From Candidatus Stahliibacteriota bacterium (GTDB lineage Bacteria > Hydrothermota > UBA3072): a stretch of DNA of 23,348 nucleotides. A model generated the notes under the pieces. That model made no database searches. It was not told where the DNA came from and saw nothing but the letters and a program-made list of their open reading frames with translations. Made by a program: the position numbers and the translations under genes. The stretch is taken from assembly GCA_030668705.1 (NCBI GenBank), contig DAOVFB010000018.1, positions 1 through 23,348 of the forward strand. Reading direction: 5' to 3'. How positions within the stretch are numbered: the first letter of the stretch is position 1; the number at the start of each line of letters is the position of its first letter. Shown here in pieces: positions 8,547-15,781 of the stretch.

Positions 8547-9012
8547 GTGTTTGGTCTTAGGTGTTACGGTTAGGATCGGTGGTTGGACGGTTAGTCGGTT
8601 GGTATGTGGGAACGGGCTTCTGCCCGTGATCATCGAGGCTGGAAAGCCTCTCCCACAAGATTAGTCGAGAGTCCATCTTTTAGGTCCTAGGTTCATAGCG
8701 TTAATTGCGTCTATAGCGTCTATAGCGTCTATAGCGTGGATAGGGTTCGTTGGGTTCATTGAGTTTTTCCTAATCAACGACTCAACTACTCAACAATTCA
8801 ACTACATTACTCTGTGTTTATCCGTGTAAATCTGTGTCTAAAATTTAGTTCTGAGTTCAGTGTTCTTAGTTTATATTAATCAGTTCAAATCTGTGTAAAT
8901 CTGCGTCAAAAATTTGTGATGGGGGGAGGGTTTTCAATCAGTTAATATCAGTGTAAATCAGTGTCTAAAATTTGGATGGGTTTGGGGTTCTGAAAACTGA
9001 AAGTTGCCAGTT
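8547..9012. repeat. Composite modular repeat array, the inverted homologue of 22779..23215
   Basis: 8836..8906 equals the reverse complement of 23029..23099, with 71 bp and 2 mismatches. 8742..8793 matches the reverse complement of 22822..22885. 8565..8590 matches the reverse complement of 23178..23212. Reverse-oriented heptamers (atcagtg / atctgtg) sit with 10-bp spacing at 8879/8889/8899 and 8936/8947/8957. Hairpins lie at 8612..8627 and 8635..8650. Confidence 0.75.
8707..8742. repeat. 9-bp tandem repeat: gcgtctata x3 plus one variant, gcgtggata
   Basis: Direct reading of 8707..8742. Confidence 0.8.
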
Positions 9013-9024
9013 GATAACTATCTC

Positions 9025-9891
9025 TTATTCAAATAAAGCTTTTATGAAATCATCTGCAATAAAAGGTATTAAATCTTCCCGACTTTCTCCTATTCCAAGA
9101 AACTTAACTGGTATACCGAGTTCCTTCACTATTGCAATTGCTATACCACCTTTTGCTGTGCCATCGAGTTTTGCAAGGGTAACACCGCTAAGTCCGATAG
9201 CATCATTAAAACTCTTAGCCTGCTGCAGGGCGTTCTGACCGGTTGTGGCGTCTATTACAAGGATAGTTTCCTGTGGTAGATCTTGTCTCTTATTCGAAAG
9301 AACCCTCTTTATCTTCTTCATCTCCTCCATAAGATTCCTCTTCGTGTGGAGTCTACCTGCAGTATCTATCAAGAGATAATCCACATCTCTTGCCAGGGCT
9401 GCATCCACGCCATCATAGGCAACAGAGGCAGGGTCTGCTCCGTAATGGGACTCTATAACGTCTGCTCCGATCTCTTCAGCCCACTGTCTTAGTTGCTGCA
9501 GGGCTCCGGTTCTATATGTGTCACCCGAGGCAAATAGTACTTTTTCACCTCCTTTTATAAGCATATAACCTCTTTTCCCGATGGTTGTGGTCTTCCCAAC
9601 ACCATTTACCCCAACGTATAACTCAACCACAGGGGGTTTTTGGTCTTGCGTCTCCTCATTTTTTAGATTGAGCAGATGCGTTAACTCCTTTTCAAGCTGT
9701 TGGTAATACTCTGAAGGTGAACTCCTTTCAAGTGCGTTAGTTAATTGTTCAGAAGCAAAAACTCCAATATCCGATTGAATCAAGAGCGCTTCTATTTCGG
9801 ATAGAAGATTCGGATCCCTCTTCCCAAGCAGGTTTCTTATCCTATTGCTAAATCTACTCCTTGTCTTCGTTAGAGCTTCGGTCAGCCCCAT
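9025..9891 (-). CDS. ftsY: Signal recognition particle receptor FtsY (NG domain only)
   Basis: 288-aa ORF with SRP-GTPase motifs GVNGVGKTTTIGK (P-loop), DTAGR and LAKLDGTAKGG. It lacks the acidic A-domain. It overlaps the upstream GT2 gene by 38 nt. Confidence 0.9.
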   Translation of the reverse strand: MGLTEALTKTRSRFSNRIRNLLGKRDPNLLSEIEALLIQSDIGVFASEQLTNALERSSPSEYYQQLEKELTHLLNLKNEETQDQKPPVVELYVGVNGVGKTTTIGKRGYMLIKGGEKVLFASGDTYRTGALQQLRQWAEEIGADVIESHYGADPASVAYDGVDAALARDVDYLLIDTAGRLHTKRNLMEEMKKIKRVLSNKRQDLPQETILVIDATTGQNALQQAKSFNDAIGLSGVTLAKLDGTAKGGIAIAIVKELGIPVKFLGIGESREDLIPFIADDFIKALFE

Positions 9892-10807
9892 ACTCCACGA
9901 CCTCCCTTTCGAGTCTCCTTATTCTTTCGTATAACGCAGTTATCGCCTCCGTTATAAAACCTACTGTGAAAAGCACTAATCCTGAAACAACTAATAGAAT
10001 GACAAGATAAAGTATAGGACGGTAACCGTGCTGATAGACAAACCGCTCTATAATACCATATGCACCAACGAGAACGCCAAGAAGAATGAGTACTATTCCC
10101 GCTGTTCCGAAGAAGAGCAAAGGCTTCCTTAAAAAGGAAATCTGCATTTTTACTGCCAGCAAATCCATAACACCTATTATTATTCTGCCTTTACCTCTAT
10201 ATTTTGACTCCCCGTGTAAACGCGAGCGCAGTTTGACCTTCACTTCAGAAACTTTAAAACCTTCACTTACAGCGAGGGATACTATATATCTATGCCAGTC
10301 TTTTCGAAGGTTTATCTCCTCCAATACCTCGCTTTTTAAAGCCTTGATAGAATTCTGGTCATGGATAGGCAGGTGAAATAGGCGGCGAGAGAACCAATTG
10401 TAGACCCCCGAAACAAATCTCTTCTGGTATTGTCCCTGCTTCCAGCCAGTTACTATATCAAAACCCTTCTCCATTTCATTCAGTAATAATGGAATATCAT
10501 GTGCATCAAACTGTAGATCTGCATCCAGAAGAACTACTACAGGAGAATCAGAATGACGAAAACCTGTGAGTATTGCCTCTGTTTTTCCAAGATTCATACG
10601 ATGTCGAATAGCCTTTAAGTGATTATATTTTTCGGACAATCTTATAGCTTCCTCAAAGGTTCCATCGGTGCTTCCATCGTCTATGAAAATAACATCATAA
10701 TCCCTCTCATCCTCCTGGATTACATCGTGTATTTCCTCCATTAGAGGAGCTAAATTGTCTCTCTCGTTATAGGCTGGAATAATTATTGTAATTCTTTTCT
10801 GAACCAT
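9854..10807 (-). CDS. GT2 polyprenyl-phosphate glycosyltransferase (ArnC/DPM1/GtrB-like), with two C-terminal TM helices
   Basis: 317-aa ORF. N-terminus IIIPAYNERDNL plus DDGSTDGT and DADLQ (DxD). C-terminal hydrophobic segments are LLFFGTAGIVLILLGVLVGAYGII and ILYLVILLVVSGLVLFTVGFI. Confidence 0.8.
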   Translation of the reverse strand: MVQKRITIIIPAYNERDNLAPLMEEIHDVIQEDERDYDVIFIDDGSTDGTFEEAIRLSEKYNHLKAIRHRMNLGKTEAILTGFRHSDSPVVVLLDADLQFDAHDIPLLLNEMEKGFDIVTGWKQGQYQKRFVSGVYNWFSRRLFHLPIHDQNSIKALKSEVLEEINLRKDWHRYIVSLAVSEGFKVSEVKVKLRSRLHGESKYRGKGRIIIGVMDLLAVKMQISFLRKPLLFFGTAGIVLILLGVLVGAYGIIERFVYQHGYRPILYLVILLVVSGLVLFTVGFITEAITALYERIRRLEREVVEYGADRSSNEDKE

Positions 10808-11727
10808 CTAATTGTTCTCTCCAATCCCTCTTTTAAGGGAATTTCCGGTTTCCATCCAAGTAAAGATTTTACGAGTGAAATGTCAGGTTTCCTTTTTGGA
10901 GGATCATCATCCGGTAACGCTAAATATTCATAGATCTTGGACACTCCAACAAGATCAGAAATAATATCGGCAAGATCTTTTATAGAAAACTCTTCGGGAT
11001 TCCCTATATTTATAGGCCCCTCGTAACCAGATTCCATAAGTTTTATTAAAGCTCGGATGGTATCATCAACATAGCAGAAACTTCTGGTCTGAGAACCATC
11101 TCCATAAATAGTAAAGGGTTCACCTGTCAACCCTTGAGTTATAAAATTAGGTATAACTCTACCATCACCAGGAACCATATAGGGACCAAATGTATTAAAT
11201 ATCCTTGCTATGCCTACATCCACCCCGTATTTTCGACGATACGCCATAGTTACTGCTTCTGCATATCGTTTCGACTCATCATAAACACTCCTCATGCCAA
11301 TTGGATTTACATAGCCCCAGTAATCTTCTTTCTGAGGATGAACTTCCGAGATTCCGTAAATTTTTGATGAAGAGGCAAGAAACAATCTGCATTCTTTTCT
11401 TCTTGCGAGTTCAAGCATATTCTCTGTCCCGAGAGAATCAACTCTCATTGCTTCTATTGGATTCTTTAGATATTGATAAACGCTCCCTATTGAGGCGAGA
11501 TGGTAGACACCATCAATATGACCCGGTTCAAAAGATTCAACTATGTCATGTTCTATAAATTCAACACGAGAATTAACAGCGAGGTCTACGATATTTGAAT
11601 ATCTACCGGTAATAAGATTATCAACAATTAGAACTTTATGTCCATCCTTACACAATTGACGAACAAGGTTTGAACCTATGAATCCAGCTCCACCAGAAAC
11701 GAGATACCTCATTTGGGTATCACCCAT
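10783..11727 (-). CDS. UDP-glucuronate decarboxylase (UDP-xylose synthase / ArnA-decarboxylase-like SDR)
   Basis: 314-aa ORF. It aligns nearly full-length with UXS enzymes as recalled from memory: GGAGFIGS, YHLAS, YDESKR (the YxxxK catalytic pair), ARIFNTFGP, DGRVIPNF, GDGSQTRSFCYVDD and PPKRKPDI. Confidence 0.85.
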   Translation of the reverse strand: MGDTQMRYLVSGGAGFIGSNLVRQLCKDGHKVLIVDNLITGRYSNIVDLAVNSRVEFIEHDIVESFEPGHIDGVYHLASIGSVYQYLKNPIEAMRVDSLGTENMLELARRKECRLFLASSSKIYGISEVHPQKEDYWGYVNPIGMRSVYDESKRYAEAVTMAYRRKYGVDVGIARIFNTFGPYMVPGDGRVIPNFITQGLTGEPFTIYGDGSQTRSFCYVDDTIRALIKLMESGYEGPINIGNPEEFSIKDLADIISDLVGVSKIYEYLALPDDDPPKRKPDISLVKSLLGWKPEIPLKEGLERTIRWFRKELQ

Positions 11728-12800
11728 AAGAATCTCTTCTTGCCCAGTTTTATTATGGATTTGGTTTCAAAGGAAAGATTTAGAGTGAAATCGGTAATCT
11801 TCTCTCCGTCAATCTTCAGAGCCCCCTGTTCGATCAATCTCCTTGCTTCCCCTCTTGAATTTACCAGTCCAGCATTATCCAGTAATTCAACTATCCAGAT
11901 CCCCTCATTTCTATTAACATAGAACTCCTCTACATCAAGGGGTATTTCCTCCCTGGAGAAAACCCCAATAAACTCTTTCCTTGCGTTTTTTGCATCTTTA
12001 TCAGAATGATAGAGATTGACTATCCCTTCAGCGAGATCCAGTTTCAAATTCATTGGGTTTTCCCCGGATTCCAAACGCTTCTTAAGTTCGTCTAAGGACA
12101 CTTTATTATAACTCAAGCAGAGCTCATAGTAACGGAGTATAAGATCGTCAGAGATTGACATTACCTTTCCAAACTGTTCCCCTGGAGGTTCTTCGATACC
12201 TATATAATTATTATAGGATTTACTCATTTTGTTTATACCATCCAGACCTTCAAGTAAAGGCATAAGGAAGACTACCTGTGGCTGTTGCCCAAAACTCCTC
12301 TGGAGGTCCCTGCCCAGAAGATGGTTCCATCGTTGGTCAGTCCCCCCCAGTTCAATATCAGCCTTTACAGCAACTGAGTCATACGCTTGAAATAGTGGAT
12401 ACAGGAATTCATGAAGAGCGATAGGCTGCTCTTCTTTATATCTCTTTTCGAAGTCATCCCTTTGGAGAAGTCTTGCAATAGTGACCTCTGATGCGAGTTT
12501 CACTATATCAGAAGGAGTGAGTTTAGAGAGCCACTCTGAGTTATATCTAAATTCAGTTTTCTCCTCGTCCAGTATTTTGAATATCTGCCTTTTGTAGCTC
12601 TTCATATTTTCTTTGACCTGTTCATCACTAAGTGGTGGTCTTGTCTTAGATCTACCGGAAGGGTCACCTATCTTTGCCGTGAAATCACCAACTATTAGAA
12701 CAGCAGTGTTACCCAACTCCTGGAATTCTCTAAGTTTCCCTAAAACTACGGCAAACCCAAGATGGATATCAGGGGAAGTAGGATCAATCCCAAGTTTCAC
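11709..12800 (-). CDS. tyrS: Tyrosyl-tRNA synthetase (bacterial type with C-terminal S4 domain, resembles T. thermophilus-type TyrRS). The true start is probably upstream of the GTG at 12800.
   Basis: Class I aaRS motifs: DPTSPDIHLG (HIGH region) and KMSKS. A C-terminal S4-like domain (NSRGEARRLIEQGALKIDGEK). Strong similarity to T. thermophilus TyrRS as recalled from memory. The frame stays open upstream to 12917 and encodes conserved residues (see finding). Confidence 0.85.
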   Translation of the reverse strand: MKLGIDPTSPDIHLGFAVVLGKLREFQELGNTAVLIVGDFTAKIGDPSGRSKTRPPLSDEQVKENMKSYKRQIFKILDEEKTEFRYNSEWLSKLTPSDIVKLASEVTIARLLQRDDFEKRYKEEQPIALHEFLYPLFQAYDSVAVKADIELGGTDQRWNHLLGRDLQRSFGQQPQVVFLMPLLEGLDGINKMSKSYNNYIGIEEPPGEQFGKVMSISDDLILRYYELCLSYNKVSLDELKKRLESGENPMNLKLDLAEGIVNLYHSDKDAKNARKEFIGVFSREEIPLDVEEFYVNRNEGIWIVELLDNAGLVNSRGEARRLIEQGALKIDGEKITDFTLNLSFETKSIIKLGKKRFLWVIPK

Positions 12801-12895
12801 TCGAAGAGGGCGGTTCCCCTTTAATTTTTCCTGTAACTCTTCCTCCGGGATAACGCTATCCGCTCCCCGTAATATTTTAGTAAAGTCGTGGCCTA

Positions 12896-13807
12896 TTATT
12901 TCCCTCCGGATGGAATATTAAGAAGTGGAGTAAGCTTCTGGTCAAAGGGAGTAACGATTATCGTATTATTGGGTGAGTTAACCAGGCCCTGGAGTGTCTT
13001 GATATAATACCACTGAAGATATTTGGATGATAGGGATTTTGCAATAACCTGGTTAGCTGCCGATATCCCTCCTGCTTCCACCTTTTTCCTTTCTGCTTCC
13101 TTCTTTTCTTTCTGCAAAACAAACTCCATCCTCTCTGCTTCCTGTTTCGCTGCCATCTTCTCATTTATCTTATCTGCAACCATAGCAGGCAAATTGACAT
13201 CACGCATTAAGAACTTCTCTACCACGATATCTCTATCGCGAAGGTCTTTTTCCAATCCATCCTGAATAGCCAGGGATATCTTCTCTCTATTCTTTGAATA
13301 AATATCTGCCACCTTATAATTGGAGATAATATTCCTTATCGCTGTCTTAATCGAAGGTCGGACGATCTTATCAACATATCCAGGACCAACATCACGATAG
13401 ACCAGCCAGGCCCTGTCACCCACAAGATGATACCACACAGTAACATCTAATCTGACCATAAGCCCTTCTGATGTGAGAACCCCAATAGCATCATCCCCAC
13501 GAACAACGCCCTCTCTTGCTTTAGCACTCATAGTATAACTCTGAGTCCTGACGGTCATCTTTTCTATAGAAGCAAATGGATTGACCAGATGCAGGCCACT
13601 CTTTAATGTACTTTCCCGAACCTTACCAAAGAGAACAACCACACCAACTTGCCCCGGACCAACAAGTCGAACCATCGAAGCGATTAAAAATATGAACGAT
13701 AGCACCAAAACACCTGCTGGCGCCAATCGAGACCGCATTGCAACCTCTTTTGAAAACATCATACCAATCCCGATTACCAAGAAAATAAAGAATAAGAATA
13801 TCAACAT
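12896..13807 (-). CDS. SPFH/band-7 (stomatin/prohibitin/HflC-like) membrane protein
   Basis: 303-aa ORF with an N-terminal TM segment, a band-7 core (VVLFGKV...LKSGLHLVNPF) and a C-terminal coiled-coil rich in E/K/A. Confidence 0.8.
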   Translation of the reverse strand: MLIFLFFIFLVIGIGMMFSKEVAMRSRLAPAGVLVLSFIFLIASMVRLVGPGQVGVVVLFGKVRESTLKSGLHLVNPFASIEKMTVRTQSYTMSAKAREGVVRGDDAIGVLTSEGLMVRLDVTVWYHLVGDRAWLVYRDVGPGYVDKIVRPSIKTAIRNIISNYKVADIYSKNREKISLAIQDGLEKDLRDRDIVVEKFLMRDVNLPAMVADKINEKMAAKQEAERMEFVLQKEKKEAERKKVEAGGISAANQVIAKSLSSKYLQWYYIKTLQGLVNSPNNTIIVTPFDQKLTPLLNIPSGGK

Positions 13808-13829
13808 TCTTACCTCCCTCTTTATGATA

Positions 13830-13903
13830 TAGCGGCGCAGGGACTCGAACCCCGGACACGTGGATTATGATTCCACTGCTCTGACCAACTGAGCTACGCC
13901 GCC
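13830..13903 (-). tRNA. tRNA-Met (anticodon CAU), elongator type. A lysidine-modified tRNA-Ile2 cannot be excluded. CCA is not encoded.
   Basis: The reverse complement folds as a cloverleaf: acceptor GGCGGCG/CGCCGCT (G1:U73), D-stem GCTC/GAGC, anticodon stem GTGGA/TCCAC with loop AUCAUAA (anticodon CAT), a 5-nt variable loop, T-stem CGGGG/CCCTG with the TTCGAGT loop, and discriminator A. The anticodon stem lacks three consecutive G:C pairs, so it is not an initiator. Confidence 0.8.
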
Positions 13904-13946
13904 GCATGAGAATTATAGCAAATACAATATAATTGTCAACCTTCTA

Positions 13947-14315
13947 CTATTCTATCCAGATCTTTACCCTCTCATCATCTTCCTCTATATCAACAATAGT
14001 CATAGGAACTTCATCAATTTCTTCCTCTATGGCGTTTAGTATGTCTTTTATCTTGATATTATGTTCTTTCAACTTCTCTCTTGTCTCCGGAGAGAATTTT
14101 ACTATTAAATCACCCCCTATTTTCATAAGTTTAGAAGCAAGACCCAACGGGATAGATATATTTGCCTTTTGCTCTCCATCGCTTTCTACCTTTATCTTTA
14201 AAGATTTCCCCCTTCTTTTCTTCTTATTAGCTCCCTCCAGGAGCCGATATGCTTCCTCAGCATTAATCCTACCTTCTTCAAGCATCTTCAGTATACGCTC
14301 TTTTTCATTACTCAT
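13947..14315 (-). CDS. Small soluble protein with an N-terminal SHOCT-like bihelical motif (MSNEKERILKMLEEGRINAEEAYRLL); the C-terminal domain is unknown
   Basis: 122-aa ORF. Its N-terminus is paralogous to that of the 14557..15237 protein. It is the last gene of the DUF2089 operon and overlaps the upstream gene by 4 nt. Confidence 0.5.
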   Translation of the reverse strand: MSNEKERILKMLEEGRINAEEAYRLLEGANKKKRRGKSLKIKVESDGEQKANISIPLGLASKLMKIGGDLIVKFSPETREKLKEHNIKIKDILNAIEEEIDEVPMTIVDIEEDDERVKIWIE

Positions 14316-14557
14316 AATTTTTCCAATTCATCTATTGCTTCTTTTGCATCTATCTCTTCATTCTCAAGTTTCTTTAGCACTTTCTTCACTTTCCTATCGG
14401 TCTTACTTCGTCCACTTCTCGAATAATCCCAGATCTTATAAATACCGAATACTAAAAGTAAGAAAGGCCAATCTCTACCCCAGTTAAAACCACCACCGTA
14501 AAGATTGAGTAACCATATTCCTGCACCAAGTATAAGACAAATTACTCCTAATACCAT
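14312..14557 (-). CDS. Small two-TM membrane protein with a C-terminal SHOCT-like tail (LKKLENEEIDAKEAIDELEKL)
   Basis: 81-aa ORF with two hydrophobic helices (VLGVICLILGAGIWLL; WPFLLLVFGIYKIW). ATGA-type overlap with the upstream gene. Confidence 0.5.
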   Translation of the reverse strand: MVLGVICLILGAGIWLLNLYGGGFNWGRDWPFLLLVFGIYKIWDYSRSGRSKTDRKVKKVLKKLENEEIDAKEAIDELEKL

Positions 14558-15237
14558 TATTCCTCCTTTATTTTTGTTAGTTCAATGGATGATAACTTAG
14601 CATTGATCTTTACGTGACCTTTATCTTTACCAACCAAGCCAACAACTCGACCATTAGATTCTTCCAAACCAAGGTTCTGTGAGATTGCACCCATAGAATT
14701 TACCACTTCAAAATGTTGATTTATCGGCTCTCGGAAAGAAAGGGCAAGATTCCCCATCTTTATTTCTGCTTCGATATCAACAGGCCTTAGAACAGATAAC
14801 TCAACGTCACTCATCGCACTTTCCAGTTTAAGGGGAACACCTATAATCCCTGTGAGGTCTGAAACCTTAAGATTGATAGCGAGAGAAGAAATCAAGGGAG
14901 CCTCCATATCCAATGAACCAAATAGTGTTAGCTCAACTTCCCCCGCTTCCCTCTTATGAGTCATCTTCCCTTCTCCATAGACTCTAAACTTAGAATCAGA
15001 CGATTCTTTAATCCTCAAAGTACAGGCTTTCAGGTTGATAACGGCTTTGTCTGCTTCAAATTCCTCTGATATCTCCCCAATATTGTCTACCCCGACAGAA
15101 AAAACTTCTGCGATTCTATCTACAAATCCCATTCCCTCTTTATCTGTAGATATGGCTTTTAGTAGCTTCTCGGCCTCACCTGCCGTGATTTTCCCATTCT
15201 CAAGCATTCTGAGGATACGCATCTTTTCATTACTCAT
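14557..15237 (-). CDS. Putative toast-rack (DUF4097/LiaG-like) beta-strand-repeat protein with an N-terminal SHOCT-like bihelical motif
   Basis: The likely start is the ATG at 15237 (MSNEKMRILRMLENGKITAGEAEKLL), which matches the paralogue's MSNEK start and overlaps the DUF2089 stop (atgagtaa). The ORF track extends it to 15285. The body carries repeated short beta-strand units (LAINLKVSDLTG, VELSVLRPVDIEAEIKMGNLALS). Confidence 0.5.
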   Translation of the reverse strand: MSNEKMRILRMLENGKITAGEAEKLLKAISTDKEGMGFVDRIAEVFSVGVDNIGEISEEFEADKAVINLKACTLRIKESSDSKFRVYGEGKMTHKREAGEVELTLFGSLDMEAPLISSLAINLKVSDLTGIIGVPLKLESAMSDVELSVLRPVDIEAEIKMGNLALSFREPINQHFEVVNSMGAISQNLGLEESNGRVVGLVGKDKGHVKINAKLSSIELTKIKEE

Positions 15238-15601
15238 TTTCATCACCTCCTTTCGTCTCCAATCTTCTAAGAGCCTCGCCAACATCTATGAGTCCCATCT
15301 CTAATTCTTCAATTATTTCATCCTTGCCCCTCATAGAGGCAGGAAATCCAAGAGCTTCCCTCACTTCTTCAAGCCTGGCTCTTACCGTGGGATACGACAG
15401 ATTAAATATTTCACCCATCTTCTTAAGATTCCCTCTTACCCTGATGAACAAACGGATAAATTCCCAATGCTCCTCTGAAACAGGAATCCCCCCTTTCTCA
15501 AAGCAACCACTAACCACAGTATCACAGTTCTTGCATCTAAACCCCGTTACTTTTATCACTCCGCCACAAAAAGGACAATGCTCAGGTAATTTCATATCCA
15601 T
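15230..15601 (-). CDS. DUF2089-family zinc-ribbon plus HTH regulator
   Basis: CPFCGG...CKNCD zinc ribbon, followed by FIRLFIRVRGNLKKMGEIFNLSYPTVRARLEEVREALG. This matches the DUF2089 signature (...GNIKEVEKELGISYPTVRNRLD...). The start is set at 15601 (MDMKLPEHCPFCGG) because a consensus promoter lies inside the longer ORF-track version, which runs to 15679 with a low-complexity N-terminus. Confidence 0.65.
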   Translation of the reverse strand: MDMKLPEHCPFCGGVIKVTGFRCKNCDTVVSGCFEKGGIPVSEEHWEFIRLFIRVRGNLKKMGEIFNLSYPTVRARLEEVREALGFPASMRGKDEIIEELEMGLIDVGEALRRLETKGGDENE

Positions 15602-15607
15602 GTTTAC

Positions 15608-15636
15608 ATTTATAACATAAATATTAAATTTGTCAA
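15608..15636 (-). promoter_or_regulatory. Sigma70-type promoter for the DUF2089 operon: TTGACA, 17 nt, ATAAAT, ending 6 nt before the ATG (leaderless or near-leaderless)
   Basis: Minus strand reads ttgaca-aatttaatatttatgtt-ataaat-gtaaac-ATG. The -35 is 15636..15631 and the -10 is 15613..15608. Confidence 0.45.
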
Positions 15637-15748
15637 GGGTAAAATTAAAAAAATTAATTTTTTTATCAATAATATTCAACTTTATTGAAATAAATATTAA
15701 TATTCTCTAAAAAAGCCAGTGGCTAATGTCTGAAAGGCAAATTTTGAC

Positions 15749-15776
15749 TTGACAAAGTAATCTTCCCACCTATACT
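15749..15776 (+). promoter_or_regulatory. Sigma70-type promoter for the 15782 gene: TTGACA, 16 nt, TATACT, ending 5 nt before the ATG (leaderless or near-leaderless)
   Basis: ttgacttgacaaagtaatcttcccacctatactaaagtATG. The -35 is 15749..15754 and the -10 is 15771..15776. Confidence 0.45.
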
Positions 15777-15781
15777 AAAGT

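Noticed and set aside
8227-8633. Two minus-strand ORFs (94 aa and 64 aa) inside the repeat region
   Set aside because: They run antisense through the sigma-fragment promoter and start region and the repeats. The sequence is low-complexity with no recognisable motifs.
8707-8742. 9-bp tandem repeats as a possible CRISPR array
   Set aside because: The units are directly adjacent with no spacers, are far too short, and there are no cas genes. These are plain microsatellite-like tandem repeats.
8546-8760. Possibility that TAG is read through (alternative genetic code) so the sigma fragment continues
   Set aside because: Translating past the TAG in frame gives non-sigma, repeat-derived sequence with further stops. 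All well-supported genes in the window use TAA, TGA and TAG as stops.
7946-9012. Phased heptamer arrays as a chromosomal or plasmid replication origin (DnaA boxes or iterons plus a DUE)
   Set aside because: No TTATCCACA-like DnaA boxes, no dnaA, dnaN or rep gene nearby, and the same arrays recur 14 kb away in inverted orientation. A regulatory or protein-binding role is more likely. This was kept as a finding, not called an origin.
9025-9891. Short FtsY (288 aa) as a possible truncation
   Set aside because: NG-domain-only FtsY proteins lacking the acidic A-domain are common in many bacterial lineages. All GTPase motifs are intact.
13933-14487. 184-aa plus-strand ORF antisense to the SHOCT operon
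   Set aside because: The sequence is extremely low-complexity and Ser/Leu/Ile/Phe-rich, and fully overlaps three well-supported minus-strand genes. It is a typical shadow ORF of an AT-rich coding region.
15602-15679. N-terminal 26-aa extension of the DUF2089 ORF (MNIIDKKINFFNFTLDKFNIYVINVN)
   Set aside because: It is encoded by the ~80% AT promoter region, and a consensus -35/-10 lies inside it. DUF2089 proteins begin at the zinc ribbon.
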